Origin: a virus
IMG/VR virus record: IMGVR_UViG_3300045988_098456
Length of the DNA stretch: 64,000 nucleotides
Strand: one strand, 5' to 3'
Positions 23,672-32,192 of this stretch are shown in pieces (position 1 is the stretch's first letter; the number at the start of each line of letters is the position of its first letter). Below the pieces are notes generated by a model that made no database searches, was not told the DNA's origin, and saw nothing but the letters and a program-made list of their open reading frames with translations. The translations under genes and the position numbers were made by a program.

Positions 23672-23824
23672 ATGAAAGCAAGTGAGTTGATAGAGCATTT
23701 AAAATCTTACATTGACATCACGGGTGGAGATAGTGAAGTACTTGTATTTGATAAAGCAGATATTTCTTGTGATATTAAGAATACTTCTACAGATGGTGAT
23801 TATATATTTCTACACATCATCTGA
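23672..23824 (+). CDS. hypothetical small protein
   Basis: First ATG of ORF track 23633..23824. Confidence 0.45.
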   Translation: MKASELIEHLKSYIDITGGDSEVLVFDKADISCDIKNTSTDGDYIFLHII

Positions 23825-23887
23825 TAAATATACAACGAAGATACCAGAGTAAATAACTATCCCTTATGGGATATAAATATAAGTAAT

Positions 23888-24067
23888 ATGGTAGTATTGT
23901 TAACGATTTTAGGAACTATCTTTCTGATAGTTAGTGCAATATTTTGGTCAGAAACGCCAAAGTTGAGAACAGTAAGTATTGTAATTGCGACAGTGGCAGC
24001 AATACTTATGACCTTATGTTATGTAGGCTCTGTGCTTGCACAATATATTATAGAATTTACGAAATAA
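23888..24067 (+). CDS. small two-TM membrane protein (59 aa, below cutoff)
   Basis: Hand-translated as MVVLLTILGTIFLIVSAIFWSETPKLRTVSIVIATVAAILMTLCYVGSVLAQYIIEFTK. Confidence 0.4.
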   Translation: MVVLLTILGTIFLIVSAIFWSETPKLRTVSIVIATVAAILMTLCYVGSVLAQYIIEFTK

Positions 24068-24119
24068 TTAACTAACCACCCTCTTCTTGGCAACAGGGAG
24101 AGGGTAAAAAGAAGAGAAT

Positions 24120-24368
24120 ATGAGATTAAGTGAATATAAAGCAGGTACTATCTTAGTTGATGGTGATGGCAAAGTGTTTATCCATGATGGCTTTATTAAC
24201 GCTGATGGATATGGTGTGATTATTGGTGCGGACTCTGATGGAATGATTCAAAAATCAAATGGCATTGGTAACTGGATGAAGGAAGGATGCTGTAGAGAAG
24301 CAACTCCACAAGAAGTCATGGAGTTCTTTGCCAAGGTGCGCAAAACACAGAAGATTATCAATTACTAA
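24120..24368 (+). CDS. hypothetical protein
   Basis: 82-aa ORF. Confidence 0.5.
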   Translation: MRLSEYKAGTILVDGDGKVFIHDGFINADGYGVIIGADSDGMIQKSNGIGNWMKEGCCREATPQEVMEFFAKVRKTQKIINY

Positions 24369-24380
24369 GGAGGATAAGCA

Positions 24381-24515
24381 ATGACTATAACAATACCAAT
24401 GTGGCTACTATATGTCGTAGGATGCATTGTAGCAATCGTATTATTATTTTGTTCGTATGTTGGAATAATTTTTCTGTGGGGTTTTTATGACCCTTTAAAA
24501 AAATTTAGAAAATGA
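24381..24515 (+). CDS. small single-TM protein (44 aa)
   Basis: Hand-translated as MTITIPMWLLYVVGCIVAIVLLFCSYVGIIFLWGFYDPLKKFRK. The stop overlaps the next ATG. Confidence 0.35.
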   Translation: MTITIPMWLLYVVGCIVAIVLLFCSYVGIIFLWGFYDPLKKFRK

Positions 24516-24865
24516 GCAAAATGAACGTCAAAAAGTCTCTTCTAGATGTTGTTAAAAGCAATAACTTAGAGATACTAAAAATAGATTTATTCAATGATTT
24601 TGAGTTGTTCGTAAGGGAAGGAACTAGGGAACGTAATGAGTATTGCAAGATTTATGCAACATTAGACGATTTGGATTTTGATGTAGAGGCTTTCTTGCTT
24701 AATGATGAAGTACGTGGAATTGTATACTGCCAAGATAAAGACACAAAAGAACCAGTGTGGATTGAACCTTGGAGTGACGAATGCTGTTCTTGGTGGCAGA
24801 TTAGTAGAGTTCCTTCCTTCTATAAGGATAGACTTAAAGATTTAAATATGAAAAAATATGAGTAA
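24512..24865 (+). CDS. hypothetical protein
   Basis: 117-aa ORF. Confidence 0.55.
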   Translation: MSKMNVKKSLLDVVKSNNLEILKIDLFNDFELFVREGTRERNEYCKIYATLDDLDFDVEAFLLNDEVRGIVYCQDKDTKEPVWIEPWSDECCSWWQISRVPSFYKDRLKDLNMKKYE

Positions 24866-25007
24866 AGTATCGGCACTAACAATTATTGATGATATGATTG
24901 AAAACTATACTAGAATGATGAACGCAGGAAATAAGAAAGTTCTTGTTGTTCACGCTAGAAGTTTTCTAAAACTAATCAAGCAAGAGTTAGAACTTAAAGA
25001 AGAATAG
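24858..25007 (+). CDS. hypothetical small protein (49 aa)
   Basis: Hand-translated as MSKVSALTIIDDMIENYTRMMNAGNKKVLVVHARSFLKLIKQELELKEE. Overlaps the upstream stop. Confidence 0.35.
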   Translation: MSKVSALTIIDDMIENYTRMMNAGNKKVLVVHARSFLKLIKQELELKEE

Positions 25008-25009
25008 TT

Positions 25010-25189
25010 ATGGAAAGAATATTCGAAGTAAATATTAGAGTTACTATTGATTCTAAGTGCAATGATAGTGACGATAATATTATAGAAGAACTTATGTATG
25101 GAGCAGATAAATATTTCTATCCATATTGTTGTAATAACGAACATATAGAGCATACTAATAGTGTTGCTTATAAAGTTAAAAATAAATGA
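25010..25189 (+). CDS. hypothetical small protein (59 aa)
   Basis: Hand-translated as MERIFEVNIRVTIDSKCNDSDDNIIEELMYGADKYFYPYCCNNEHIEHTNSVAYKVKNK. ATGA overlap with yopX. It replaces the antisense ORF 24950..25195. Confidence 0.4.
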   Translation: MERIFEVNIRVTIDSKCNDSDDNIIEELMYGADKYFYPYCCNNEHIEHTNSVAYKVKNK

Positions 25190-25551
25190 GAACAATTTTA
25201 TTCAAGGCAAAGAAACTGAGTGATGACGAATGGGTAAAAGGTTATTTGGTAAAGTCACCTTTCGGAACATTCATCGAGTGGTATGATGATTCTATCTGCA
25301 ACAAAGAAGAAGTCGACCCCTCTACCGTCTGTCAATATACTGGACTGAAAGATAAGAATGGAGTTGAAGTTTACGAAAATGACATTGTGAAAACAGACGA
25401 TTGGGAAGAGACAATTTGTAATGTTGAATACAAAGATTATGGATTCTGCTTGTGTGGAAAATGTTTTATTGATGGCATAATGCCTTTGTATATTGCTGTA
25501 GATATTTGCGACTTGTATGTTCTTGGAAACAAATTCGATAATGAGAAGTAG
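25186..25551 (+). CDS. YopX-family protein
   Basis: 121 aa. MRTILFKAKKLSDDEWVKGYLV...STVCQYTGLKDKNGVEVYENDIV matches the YopX pattern. Confidence 0.7.
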   Translation: MRTILFKAKKLSDDEWVKGYLVKSPFGTFIEWYDDSICNKEEVDPSTVCQYTGLKDKNGVEVYENDIVKTDDWEETICNVEYKDYGFCLCGKCFIDGIMPLYIAVDICDLYVLGNKFDNEK

Positions 25552-25554
25552 CAT

Positions 25555-25818
25555 ATGATAGAAAAGATATTAGAAATAGTAGCTCAAAGACTGAATGCTT
25601 TAGCCACAAAGATTTTTAAGGAAGAGTCTTATCCTTATCTTCCTCCTCTTTCAAGAAGAGAACGAAGAAAGTTTGAACGTGACAACCAAAAAGCTGAGAA
25701 GAATATAGCATTATGTCGTAGATGCATGAAGAACTCTCCTAGTTGGTGGTGTCCAGGAGAACGTTGCTATTTCTTCCCTTATCGAAGACACGTATTATTT
25801 GGAGATAAAAATAAGTAG
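25555..25818 (+). CDS. hypothetical protein
   Basis: 87-aa ORF. Confidence 0.5.
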   Translation: MIEKILEIVAQRLNALATKIFKEESYPYLPPLSRRERRKFERDNQKAEKNIALCRRCMKNSPSWWCPGERCYFFPYRRHVLFGDKNK

Positions 25819-25821
25819 CAT

Positions 25822-26208
25822 ATGGAAATTGTAATTTTATATATAAGTGTTAGTCTTATTTATATATTACTTGCTTGCTTGGATGGAGAAGATGTAAAAC
25901 CGAAATGGAAACAATGGCTAGCTGACAAACTAGGCATCAAGCCAAAGATAGAAGTTAGATACATAAAGCCACAAGTTATTAAGCTTCATTCAAGAGTTGC
26001 AATGTCAAGCTTTGAAATGCAATATTATTGCCGTGACAAATCTGGCATGGAGCAATTGAAGAGAAGAGCAATAGAAAGTGTGTATGATGGCATTCTTCGG
26101 GAAATGAAGGTAAATGGATTAATTTCTATTTCGCAATATAATGACATTTATAGTAATAACACTATTTATGAGGGGGCATGTGAAATTTATAAAACAAGTA
26201 ATGTATGA
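25822..26208 (+). CDS. hypothetical protein with N-terminal TM
   Basis: 128-aa ORF with N-terminus MEIVILYISVSLIYILLACL. Confidence 0.5.
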   Translation: MEIVILYISVSLIYILLACLDGEDVKPKWKQWLADKLGIKPKIEVRYIKPQVIKLHSRVAMSSFEMQYYCRDKSGMEQLKRRAIESVYDGILREMKVNGLISISQYNDIYSNNTIYEGACEIYKTSNV

Positions 26209-26528
26209 AGATAAGACAAGCTAAGAAAATTTTGAATATGATGGAGAGAGGAACGGACACACGTTACTTCGATTCCAAATATACATTTAAGGGAGAGAGT
26301 AGATTCATTCCTAGATTAAAGAATCTCTATCAGAAAGCAACTATCAGATGGAATAAGGTAAATATGCCGAGTGCCAACGTTAGTTTGTTTCGTTCAATTT
26401 TGAGAACTTCAAAGGAATGCGGTCGTTGTAAACATTTCAATGGTATGTTCGCAGGAAGATGTACTAAACTACATGAGTATGTTGAAAGCAGCGATTGGTG
26501 TCATGGAACGTTTTTCCATAGAAAGTGA
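26205..26528 (+). CDS. hypothetical protein (MKIRQAKKI family, copy 1)
   Basis: 107 aa. The N-terminus MKIRQAKKILNMM is shared with the next gene. Confidence 0.5.
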   Translation: MKIRQAKKILNMMERGTDTRYFDSKYTFKGESRFIPRLKNLYQKATIRWNKVNMPSANVSLFRSILRTSKECGRCKHFNGMFAGRCTKLHEYVESSDWCHGTFFHRK

Positions 26529-26535
26529 GGTTGAT

Positions 26536-26805
26536 ATGAAAATAAGACAAGCTAAGAAGATAATGAAGCAAGTCTATAAGACTAGATATTGGGCTTATAG
26601 GCAAGGCTATTATTGTGGCAAGAAAGATGCTGGAAAGCTAGCCGGAGACCATCGTTTGTTAAAGGCTATGCGTCTTACAAAGAAGTGGAAAAGCCGCAAG
26701 ATACGAAACGAAGCGAATAAAATGTTGAAGAAAAATCCGTTAAAACCGAGTGATCTTCAACGTAGTGATTTAAGATTAATGAGATATGGATGTAGCAAAG
26801 CTTAA
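26536..26805 (+). CDS. hypothetical protein (MKIRQAKKI family, copy 2)
   Basis: Internal ATG of ORF track 26440..26805 gives MKIRQAKKIMKQVYK. Tandem paralog of the previous gene. Confidence 0.5.
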   Translation: MKIRQAKKIMKQVYKTRYWAYRQGYYCGKKDAGKLAGDHRLLKAMRLTKKWKSRKIRNEANKMLKKNPLKPSDLQRSDLRLMRYGCSKA

Positions 26806-27121
26806 TCGGGAAATTTTAGGCGTAGATTTGGAATACAAAAACGTCTATATTGATGCGGAGAACACAAGAATGATACGTGCCAAATTACTTGATGGGTATT
26901 GCGATTTGGTTCGCACAGATGTGTGGACTGGTCGTGTGAATCATCCGGAAGAGCATGATATTGTAAAATATACGGCAATCTCTTGGTATAGAGAAGAATT
27001 TGTCGGTGGAGTTGATTTAGGTCGAAACTATATGCATGCTAAATATAAGTTCTTCGAGTTGGTTGTGAATAAAAAATATATTTTGGAAATGAAACATAAG
27101 AAAAATGAAAATGCTAGATAA
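26786..27121 (+). CDS. hypothetical protein
   Basis: 111-aa ORF. Confidence 0.5.
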   Translation: MDVAKLNREILGVDLEYKNVYIDAENTRMIRAKLLDGYCDLVRTDVWTGRVNHPEEHDIVKYTAISWYREEFVGGVDLGRNYMHAKYKFFELVVNKKYILEMKHKKNENAR

Positions 27122-27533
27122 TAAGTTAATCATAGATATTCCTAAAGGAATGGAAGTGGATATTGAAAAAAGTGACTTGAAAGCGGGCATTATAGCATTC
27201 AAGAAGAGACCCTTCAGCTATGAGGATGTTATATCTACTTTAATAGACCGTGGTCTTGGCCCTGTCGTTGCTAATGTTACTAATAGCAATGTAGAGAAAA
27301 TTGTTGCATTGGATAAGTTAATGGATATAGCTAAGTGTTATAATGGAGATTGGAAACCGGATTGGAATTCTAAAGAATATAAGCATAATATTATGCGAAC
27401 CAGCGAATATGGTATTACTTCTAGTATTGATTATAACGAAGGTGCTATTTACTTCAAGAACAAAGAAGATGCCCAAGCCGTTATTGATAATCCGAATTTC
27501 AGAAGCATTCTTGATGCAATCTATAAGGACTAA
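27105..27533 (+). CDS. hypothetical protein
   Basis: 142-aa ORF. Confidence 0.55.
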   Translation: MKMLDNKLIIDIPKGMEVDIEKSDLKAGIIAFKKRPFSYEDVISTLIDRGLGPVVANVTNSNVEKIVALDKLMDIAKCYNGDWKPDWNSKEYKHNIMRTSEYGITSSIDYNEGAIYFKNKEDAQAVIDNPNFRSILDAIYKD

Positions 27534-27538
27534 GGCTT

Positions 27539-27778
27539 ATGAAGGAAATGTTCTTTAAGAGTGTAGAGTTCCGTGAAGTCCAGCATTTGGCTTTCTCGGA
27601 TGAATACATAACCGCATATGTATCTGTGAATAATGTTCCGAAGATATACATGAGTGTTAATACACCTCGTGACGAATATGGGTTTGTGAAAGGCAAGGCA
27701 AAACGTTACTTTAGAGTAGGGTTAGGGAAATGGCTCACCGAACGAGCGTTTGTTAAGAAATATTTTAGTGAAGAATAA
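27539..27778 (+). CDS. hypothetical protein
   Basis: 79-aa ORF. Confidence 0.5.
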   Translation: MKEMFFKSVEFREVQHLAFSDEYITAYVSVNNVPKIYMSVNTPRDEYGFVKGKAKRYFRVGLGKWLTERAFVKKYFSEE

Positions 27779-28783
27779 ATGAATATAAAAAAGTCAGATA
27801 TGGGAAATAAGATTAATGTAGCGGTAATCCTTAAGGATAAGACTCAAGGAACTAAGTTGTATAATTGGTTATATAATACAAATGTAGAGTTAGATTCAAT
27901 CAGTACAACGGATAAAGAAACAGCTATATGGTGTACAAAGCAAAAAGATATTAATACCACCACTCATTTTTGTTTTTCCAAATTAGGAACTATGAAAGGA
28001 TGTCTTGATGGTTTACAGATTCTTCTTCCTTCAAAAGAAATGCGTGATTGGCGCAAGTTCGCCTGGAAGAAGGGCGATTTGCTTGTCAATAGTTGTGGAT
28101 TTCAGTGCATTTTCAAAGAATGGGCATCTGATGATTATACAAAGTTCAACGGATGCTATTCTAATAGCAGGGATGGTTACGAAGATGTATCAAATGCAGA
28201 AACAGCTAAGTTTGACAAGTTAGATAACAATACTGCCTATGGTTATATAAGAGAGATTGAGAAAAGATGTGGTGGTAAGTTAAACCTTGAAACTTTGGAG
28301 ATTGAAAAGCCTGAGTTCAAGAATGGGGATATTATCAAAATGGCTTGGGATAAATATTCAGCTATAGTAATATTTTGGGAGTATAGTAATTTTGGGAAAG
28401 GCTTTGATTCCCATGTCTTTTTTAATATTAAGACAAAAATTATAGAATATAATATTCATGGTCATATTCTCCAAGATACGATTTTAAGATTAGCCACAGA
28501 AGAAGAGAAAAAACAGCTCTTCTCTGCTCTCGAAAAGAGAGGCAAGGCTTGGGATGCTGAGAAGAAACAGATTGTTGATTTGAAGCCAAAGTTTGATGAG
28601 CTGAAACCATTTGATAAGGTTGTAGTAAGATGTAGCGAAGCAGATAGATGGTCTATAGATTTCTTTAGTTATAAAGTACATAACGGATATATATGTACAG
28701 GAGACGCTTGGTTTGGATATTGTCTTCCTTACAATGAGGAGACTGCAAAGTTAATAGGTACAACTAAAGATATGGAGGTTTAA
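27779..28783 (+). CDS. hypothetical protein
   Basis: 334-aa ORF starting immediately after the upstream stop. Confidence 0.6.
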   Translation: MNIKKSDMGNKINVAVILKDKTQGTKLYNWLYNTNVELDSISTTDKETAIWCTKQKDINTTTHFCFSKLGTMKGCLDGLQILLPSKEMRDWRKFAWKKGDLLVNSCGFQCIFKEWASDDYTKFNGCYSNSRDGYEDVSNAETAKFDKLDNNTAYGYIREIEKRCGGKLNLETLEIEKPEFKNGDIIKMAWDKYSAIVIFWEYSNFGKGFDSHVFFNIKTKIIEYNIHGHILQDTILRLATEEEKKQLFSALEKRGKAWDAEKKQIVDLKPKFDELKPFDKVVVRCSEADRWSIDFFSYKVHNGYICTGDAWFGYCLPYNEETAKLIGTTKDMEV

Positions 28784-28786
28784 GAT

Positions 28787-28933
28787 ATGGACGAAGCTTT
28801 TAAGAAAGAACTTATAGGGCATTGTAAAAGGCAAATGCAACGCTTTGAGAGAATGGGAAGAACAGATTCTTTTGCATATAAAGAACATGCTGTTTTACTT
28901 AGTTTTCTTGAACGTCCATATTTACATTTTTAA
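28787..28933 (+). CDS. hypothetical small protein (48 aa)
   Basis: Hand-translated as MDEAFKKELIGHCKRQMQRFERMGRTDSFAYKEHAVLLSFLERPYLHF. Confidence 0.35.
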   Translation: MDEAFKKELIGHCKRQMQRFERMGRTDSFAYKEHAVLLSFLERPYLHF

Positions 28934-28946
28934 TATAACAATAGTT

Positions 28947-29264
28947 ATGATAGACGATAAGAAAATAGAAGGAGCCGCAAGAAGATACAGCAAAGTGACG
29001 GATTGTGATAATGAAGAAGCCTTATTAATTGAAGAAGGCTTTAAGGAAGGTGCTGAGTGGGCTATCAATGATTTCTTGAAGAACTTGTGGCATCAAACAA
29101 ATAAGGAGCCAGAAGGATATGATGAATGGATATTGCTGCACTATAATGTAGGCAACTATTATTCATTAGCTCAAGTCAAAGAATTCAAGTCTTGGAAAGG
29201 ATTTGTTGAGAATATGCCTATAGACGGGTGGCTCTATATTGATGATTTATTCTCAAAGGAATGA
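28947..29264 (+). CDS. DUF551-like protein, paralog of 22132..22500
   Basis: Internal ATG of ORF track 28845..29264. Motifs MIDDKKIEGAARRY, FKEGAEWAINDFLKNLWH and IDGWLYIDDLF. Confidence 0.55.
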   Translation: MIDDKKIEGAARRYSKVTDCDNEEALLIEEGFKEGAEWAINDFLKNLWHQTNKEPEGYDEWILLHYNVGNYYSLAQVKEFKSWKGFVENMPIDGWLYIDDLFSKE

Positions 29265-29275
29265 GGTGAATGCAA

Positions 29276-29449
29276 ATGACCGATGCAGAATTTAATAAGT
29301 TTGTGCTTATGCTAGAGAACGAAGCGTTTCGGTTTTCGAGAAGCCAAAACGAATTTAAGGAACATCGAGTAGTGATAGAACAGTCTTTCAAGATAGGAGG
29401 GATGTTCATTCTTCGAGAGTTGGAAAAGTATTTTAATCAAAAGAAGTAA
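29276..29449 (+). CDS. hypothetical small protein (57 aa)
   Basis: Hand-translated as MTDAEFNKFVLMLENEAFRFSRSQNEFKEHRVVIEQSFKIGGMFILRELEKYFNQKK. Confidence 0.4.
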   Translation: MTDAEFNKFVLMLENEAFRFSRSQNEFKEHRVVIEQSFKIGGMFILRELEKYFNQKK

Positions 29450-29453
29450 GCGT

Positions 29454-29591
29454 ATGATATTATATGATAATCAATGTTTTGAGCTTTTAAAAGCTCTGTG
29501 TTATAGTGTTCCACAGAATCCAAATGTCGGTAGGTTTGAGATTGCAAACGTTATACTTGACACATTACAAAAAATAAAAGATGCGGATTAA
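29454..29591 (+). CDS. hypothetical small protein (45 aa)
   Basis: Hand-translated as MILYDNQCFELLKALCYSVPQNPNVGRFEIANVILDTLQKIKDAD. Ends in a junction repeat. Confidence 0.35.
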   Translation: MILYDNQCFELLKALCYSVPQNPNVGRFEIANVILDTLQKIKDAD

Positions 29592-29621
29592 CAGCTTTCG
29601 GGCACAAATTTAAAGATAATG
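29588..29621 (+). repeat. seventh copy of the intercistronic junction repeat
   Basis: ttaacaGCTTTCGGGCacaaatttaaagataATG has the same stop-hairpin-ATG layout as the 22857..23890 array. Confidence 0.5.
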
Positions 29622-29795
29622 ACAAAGGAAGAAATATTGGAAAAGGCATCTGATTTTGAGGATGAAGATGAGTTTGTGAAGTGTGATAGATTGCCGTTCA
29701 CTGAAGAATTGTGGCTTTTACATCAGCTAGTGTATATCGGCTTGTCTTGCACCTATACAGGTCGTGGCTATATAATTGAAAAACTTAAAGATTAG
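29619..29795 (+). CDS. hypothetical small protein (58 aa)
   Basis: Hand-translated as MTKEEILEKASDFEDEDEFVKCDRLPFTEELWLLHQLVYIGLSCTYTGRGYIIEKLKD. Confidence 0.4.
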   Translation: MTKEEILEKASDFEDEDEFVKCDRLPFTEELWLLHQLVYIGLSCTYTGRGYIIEKLKD

Positions 29796-29799
29796 TAAA

Positions 29800-30576
29800 A
29801 TGGAAGCGAATGATTATTTGAAGGCTATGCAAGCTATGGACGAATTGGATAGACTTGTAACTAGTGTTTATCCGGATAAGTTCAAGTTGGTCTGCAAGAA
29901 GCATGGAATAGATGAATGCGAGGCGATGAACATGTATTCGTACTTGCAAAAGATGCATAAAGGTCAGTCTTGGTTAGTTAGATACAAGCCATTGGAATAT
30001 CTAGAGCGTGTGTTAACACTAGCCAAAGAAGCTTATGCGTCTTACATGAACAACGGCTTGATTCTAAGTATGGTCAATTTTGGTGATAAGTATACAAGAA
30101 TACTTGTAATATTTGAGAAAGATGGCGTAAGAAGCCAACAAGAATTTGACCTTAGAGAGCAAAGAACATATGTTGATATAGCGGACTTTATTGGAAATGG
30201 TTACTCCATCGTATCTGTTATCCGTCAGTCTGACAATGTTGATAGCGAAAAGTTTGTTGGAGAAAAGGATGAGCGAAGTCATCGTATTCCTATTTACGAT
30301 GGTGACGTAATGCTTTGTTACGTGAATAAACCGGAATTTTGGAGTTCAGATTGGCGTAATAGCGGACTTTATATTTGCGAGAGCGGCTCATATCATAGAT
30401 TGCTATACACCCCGAATAAGGGGTACGTAAGACATGGAGAGCCTGATGTAGATGAAGACTTCACCCTTGATATTGGGGAAGAATCCTTCAGTAGTTATGT
30501 TATGACTTTGAGTCAGTCTTGGTATAAGTTGGGTAATGTTCATGCAGGTATAGGCTTTTTGAAGGAGAAAGAATAG
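29800..30576 (+). CDS. hypothetical protein
   Basis: First ATG of ORF track 29776..30576, 258 aa. Confidence 0.6.
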   Translation: MEANDYLKAMQAMDELDRLVTSVYPDKFKLVCKKHGIDECEAMNMYSYLQKMHKGQSWLVRYKPLEYLERVLTLAKEAYASYMNNGLILSMVNFGDKYTRILVIFEKDGVRSQQEFDLREQRTYVDIADFIGNGYSIVSVIRQSDNVDSEKFVGEKDERSHRIPIYDGDVMLCYVNKPEFWSSDWRNSGLYICESGSYHRLLYTPNKGYVRHGEPDVDEDFTLDIGEESFSSYVMTLSQSWYKLGNVHAGIGFLKEKE

Positions 30577-30584
30577 AAGAGTAA

Positions 30585-30612
30585 AAGGAGAGGAATATCA
30601 TTTCCCCTCCTT
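30585..30612. terminator. hairpin between convergent genes (possible bidirectional terminator)
   Basis: aaggagagg / cccctcctt (8 of 9 pairs) with flanking A and T runs. Overlaps the 3' end of the minus-strand repressor gene. Confidence 0.4.
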
Positions 30613-30939
30613 TGCCTTAATCTCCAGCTCGATAGGCTTGCCGCAATGAGGGCAGATGATAGCCGGAGATTGCGGAATGGATGGCTGCTCTGGTTGAACC
30701 TTTTGCAATGGCTCATCTGTAAGAAGTTGCCAATCCTCTACATTTAATGCAATAGCAATTTGATGCAAAGAATCTATGCTAGGAGTTGTTTTTCCATTTA
30801 CTATAAGTGAAATAGCATTAGCGGTTACTCCTATTGCATCTGCTAATGATTTAGCCTTCATTTGTCGTAAATCTAGATAATACTTAATGCGTTTACTTAT
30901 ATTAATAAGGTATTCGCTTTTAATGTTGCTTTTTATCAT
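30598..30939 (-). CDS. XRE/cI-type HTH repressor-like protein
   Basis: 113 aa. RIKYYLDLRQMKAKSLADAIGVTANAISLIVNGKTTPSIDSLHQIAIALNV is an HTH_3 motif. It is the only minus-strand gene between 6.5 and 64 kb. Confidence 0.7.
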   Translation of the reverse strand: MIKSNIKSEYLINISKRIKYYLDLRQMKAKSLADAIGVTANAISLIVNGKTTPSIDSLHQIAIALNVEDWQLLTDEPLQKVQPEQPSIPQSPAIICPHCGKPIELEIKAKEGK

Positions 30940-30965
30940 AAAGTAATATTTTGATTATTTAGGCG

Positions 30966-30973
30966 CAAAGGTA
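30966..30973 (-). promoter_or_regulatory. Bacteroidota-type -7 box (TACCTTTG on minus strand)
   Basis: caaaggta lies 27 nt upstream of the repressor start. Confidence 0.5.
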
Positions 30974-31100
30974 CAAAGAAATAAAGTAATAATGTGCTAA
31001 AATCTGTAAAAAGTAAGTAATAATTAGATAACAAAGGTTAAAAATAAAGTAAAATATTGATTTTTCTCTCAAAACATTTGGTTATTATCCAAAAATTACT

Positions 31101-31108
31101 TACCTTTG
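31101..31108 (+). promoter_or_regulatory. Bacteroidota-type -7 box (TACCTTTG), divergent from the repressor promoter
   Basis: tacctttg lies 89 nt upstream of ATG 31197. Confidence 0.5.
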
Positions 31109-31196
31109 CAATGTCTTTAAGAGATAAAGGCTTTAAAGTTTAACTATTAATTGCTGTTATACAGCCGAGTCGGCACTCGTAAAACGGTTTGAGGAT

Positions 31197-31535
31197 ATGA
31201 CTACTTCAATTAAGAACAAGATGAGAAAGGTAATGCAGTTGGCACATAGAGCCTATCAGTTGAAATCAAGTTCAATGTCTTGGGTTGAGTGCTTGAAACA
31301 GGCTTGGCAGGTCGTAAAGCTTGAGGCAGCGATGAAGACCAAGGTAGTAGAGTTCTTTTTTATGAAGATGAATGGTGAGGTAAGACAAGCCTTTGGTACT
31401 CTCCTTCAGAGCCACATTGACTACACTCCAAATGGTACTGGTCATGCAGCATCAAGAGATTGCATCCGATATTGGGATGAAGAAAAGGGCGCATGGAGAC
31501 AATTCAAGGCTTACAACTTCTTGCGAGTTGCATAA
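31197..31535 (+). CDS. hypothetical protein (possibly DUF2693/SH3-barrel type)
   Basis: 112 aa. VVEFFFMKMNGEVRQAFGTL...IRYWDEEKGAWRQFKAYNF resembles the DUF2693 pattern from memory. Confidence 0.4.
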   Translation: MTTSIKNKMRKVMQLAHRAYQLKSSSMSWVECLKQAWQVVKLEAAMKTKVVEFFFMKMNGEVRQAFGTLLQSHIDYTPNGTGHAASRDCIRYWDEEKGAWRQFKAYNFLRVA

Positions 31536-31629
31536 AGATATATACACGTTCTAAGATGTTTGGCGAGGCTTTAATAGGGGTGAGCCTTTAATCACCCCTT
31601 TAGTTAAGGACTTTTAAAGTATTTGAGAT

Positions 31630-31878
31630 ATGGAGACAATCGCTAAGTGTTTGAAAGAAGTGTTCTACAAAGGGCATCATATAACCAAGGTGGAGGACGT
31701 TTTTGGTCAGGTTGCCGTTCGCATTGATAATGTAGTTGAACCGGACTACATAAGCATAGCAGAGGCGAAACGAGTAATCAATGGTAAAGCCCCAAAGTGG
31801 TTTAATGATGGCTATATGTGGGACGAAGCCAGCAAGAAGGTAGTAAAAGACCCTAACGCTTTCCGATGGGAGGAGTAA
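31630..31878 (+). CDS. hypothetical protein
   Basis: 82-aa ORF. Confidence 0.5.
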   Translation: METIAKCLKEVFYKGHHITKVEDVFGQVAVRIDNVVEPDYISIAEAKRVINGKAPKWFNDGYMWDEASKKVVKDPNAFRWEE

Positions 31879-32192
31879 GAAAAGATAAGGTAAAGAACTT
31901 AATACAATTGGTTATGGAAAAGTTTATCAATGATGGTGGTTATGTCTTCGAGAAAACAAATGAGTTTCCGGATGGCTATGAGATTTGGGCGATTGGTCGA
32001 AGAAATTTCAAGCACAAAGGCTACGTACCATTGTGCGAGGTCGATGAGAACTTCAACGTCAAAAGAGATACCTTGAAGGCTTTGAAAGTCAAGGATGAAG
32101 CATTTGCTTTGGCTTTGCTCTATGAAGCCGTGAAAAGAGGTGTAAACAAGAAGAAGTATAACAAAATGTTAAGTGCAAAAGAAAATGGATGA
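31866..32192 (+). CDS. hypothetical protein
   Basis: 108-aa ORF. Confidence 0.5.
   Translation: MGGVRKDKVKNLIQLVMEKFINDGGYVFEKTNEFPDGYEIWAIGRRNFKHKGYVPLCEVDENFNVKRDTLKALKVKDEAFALALLYEAVKRGVNKKKYNKMLSAKENG

Larger units (their letters stand above)
22857..23890 (+). repeat. array of six intercistronic junction repeats
   Basis: Consensus is TTAAC-gCCTTCgGGC-ATAAAnAnTAGtAATATG. Junctions start at 22857, 23060, 23244 and 23498, with shorter forms at 23657 and 23853. Each spans the stop of one small gene to the ATG of the next and holds a 3-bp stem with a UUCG-like loop. Confidence 0.6.
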
